A DNA stretch of 64,000 nt, taken from the NCBI RefSeq assembly GCF_009834535.1, contig NC_045696.1, positions 42,100,001 to 42,164,000 of the forward strand, in the 5' to 3' direction. The stretch comes from Camelus ferus (lineage: Eukaryota). A program made the position numbers and the translations under genes. The stretch's first letter is position 1; each line of letters opens with the position of its first letter. The notes below the pieces were generated by a model. That model saw only the letters and a program-made list of their open reading frames with translations, had not been told where the DNA came from and did no database searches. Shown piece by piece: positions 62,069 to 64,000 of the stretch.

Positions 62069-63609
62069 ATGTAATATCTGTATCAGCTCACACATACGGC
62101 CATGTAGCTATGGATGACAATGATGTGTGGATCTAGGCTGCCTGCTCATGGAGCTGGCTTGAACCCTTAGGCCCTCTTCATGCTCAGTCTCAGGTGTTCC
62201 ACTCGTATCTTATGAAGGCCTGCTGCTGGGCCCTCTGGTCTTATGATTTTGTGGGTCTGATGGCTTATGATCAGCATTTCTGGCACAGTATTCAGCTTGA
62301 TGTCCTAGGAACAAGCTCTCCATCTCTGTCATGGCTCAGTAGTGCAGCAGAATTTGTTGTTTGTAAGGTGTATAATTTGCCACTGCAGGGGATATGGTAT
62401 TGTTCTCTTGCTAATGCTGTTGTGAAGTTCACACCTTTTCCCACTACTGACACATCCAATGTGATCGTGACTACTGGTCATATGATTCAAGAAGCAGGGC
62501 CACTTGCACCGTAACCTGGGCCTGCTCTCTCCTTTCCTGCTTTGGGCCCCATAGTAAATGGGTAGAAGTAATATCCCAGGTATGGAATATACTTCCTCCA
62601 GAACTCGAAGAAGACTGTTACGTGTTATACTTCTTGATGAGAGGTACAAAGTAAAATAATCTATGCTTTGCTTTGGAGGAAATGTCCAGAATGCTCCAGA
62701 CTACTAAGCCCCTAAAAATTTAACTGACATGACAGCCTCCTGAACATTTACAGAATTTATCTCCCACCTTCTCATCTTCTGTGGCATGCCTGGGTGGTCC
62801 AGGCAGATGTGTATGGTTAACAACTGTTGTCCATTCTAAGTGAATGTGAACTGTTCTGATCTGTTTTTGGGTAAGATTAGAAAATAATGCATTTGCGGAT
62901 CAATTTGTAGAATATTCCTTAATTTTGATCAACCTATGACTCAGCAGTTTCATCCCTAGGTATTTATCTAGGAGATGTAAGCCACTGAGGAACTTTTATT
63001 GGGATTAAGCTAAATTGATAGATTTTGCTGTTGAAAAAATGATCTGAGAGAATATGAATGCATAAAAGTGAATAGGGTTAGAGGAAGTTTGAATCATAGA
63101 AACACTGGTAATTTTTGATAGAAATAATTAGGCAAAACCCCATCTTTAAATAAAGGTCCTAAAACCTAGCAGCCAGATTTTTTTTTCCCTCCAAGGAGAA
63201 TGTTTTTCATGAGCTACAGAATACATTTCCAGAATCTCTCTTGAGGGTTGTTCTTAATGCATTGTTTCTATATTTTTTCTTTTTTCTTTTCATTCTGTAG
63301 TTGATTATAACAGTTTATGTAGGAGATTCAGGAACAAAGCATGTAGTGAACATTGTGATGAGTTGGTTAAATCCCTCCACCTCAGGGGTGAACTCTAATC
63401 AGCTTGTCAGCTGGAAGTGCTGCCAGCAAGCCCTCCTCAATGTCAGCCCACTCAGAGGGACATGCCTCATGTGGAGGGCACGTCTCCCCTAAGCATGCTG
63501 TCTTCCAAGGGAAGCCAACACTCAAATGTAAAGGTTTATAGTGTAAACACCCTCTCACCCCAACGTGGCACAATCTAGCATCAGAATTCGCCATGGTTGG
63601 CTGAGGCTT

Positions 63610-64000
63610 TTTTTAAGACTTTATTGTAGTAGAACATGCATACTGAAGAGGGCACAAAAAGAGTATATAGATGAATAAGCGATTGCAAGGTAAACACACC
63701 CAACAGCTTTACCAGTAGCCAGAAGCCCACCTCACGTCCCTTCTCCAGCAATATTCCCTTCTTCCTCTCCAGCATTAACCACACTGGCTTCTGACATCAA
63801 AGCTTAGTTTGAAGTATGATTTTCATATGCTGAAACGCACAGATATTAAGCATACAGTTCAATAAAACTTAACAAATGTGTATACTTTTGTAAACAACCC
63901 TATCGAGACAGAAAGTATTTTCATCACTCCAGAAAGATGTCTCATGTCCCTCCCCAGACCATTCTCAACTCCCAGAAGCAACTGCTGCTCAGGTTTCCAT
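63610..64000 (-). mobile_element. Old L1 (L1ME/MB-like) 3'UTR fragments, running off the window end
   Basis: aaggtaaacacacc...ttgaagtatgattttcatatgctgaaacgcacagatattaagcatacagttcaat...catcactccagaaag. Confidence 0.65.

Larger units (their letters stand above)
59790..62790 (-). mobile_element. Decayed ERVL internal region (pol RT through IN/dUTPase), split by two LTR insertions
   Basis: Minus-strand peptides INSVNVQEAVMSVKFLG..DISSKAKHRL (about 62640-62760; cf. ERVL RT INPTKIQGPSTSVKFLG..DIPSKVKDKL) and VEVAPFTITPGDP..LPVVATQGSSELEASVPKRG..LPP (about 59880-60100; cf. the ERVL dUTPase region). Confidence 0.82.

Noticed and set aside
63270..63390. Strong polypyrimidine tract and AG at 63300 followed by an open frame
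   Set aside because: No convincing donor and no recognisable peptide; T-rich tracts are common in this window
1..64000. Prokaryote-type systems (CRISPR arrays, operons, defence loci)
   Set aside because: The sequence is mammalian, repeat-rich and non-coding, with no regularly spaced repeat-spacer array or dense gene cluster

Overview
Mammalian genomic DNA, most likely a camelid (alpaca, llama or camel). The call rests on four copies of a tRNA-derived SINE resembling camelid Vic-1, plus young artiodactyl-type L1 3' ends. I recognise no host protein-coding exon, RNA gene or CRISPR-type structure. The only identifiable protein remnants come from transposons: L1 ORF1/ORF2, ERVL pol/dUTPase and a hAT-Charlie transposase fossil. 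Much of the window is interspersed repeat: L1, L2, MIR, MLT1/MLT2/LTR16-type LTRs, one young ERV1 solo LTR and a decayed ERVL with nested LTRs. L1 copies are strongly biased to the minus strand and several splice-competent exon candidates lie on the plus strand, which suggests an intron of a plus-strand transcription unit. The most unusual structure is an L1 (5314-8447) whose 5'UTR and ORF1 are joined directly to the 3' end with ORF2 missing. A second L1 5' half (31053-33325) stops at the homologous spacer position. Family assignments come from recall of consensus sequences, and boundaries of old repeats are approximate. I found no solid evidence of a wholly new biological system.
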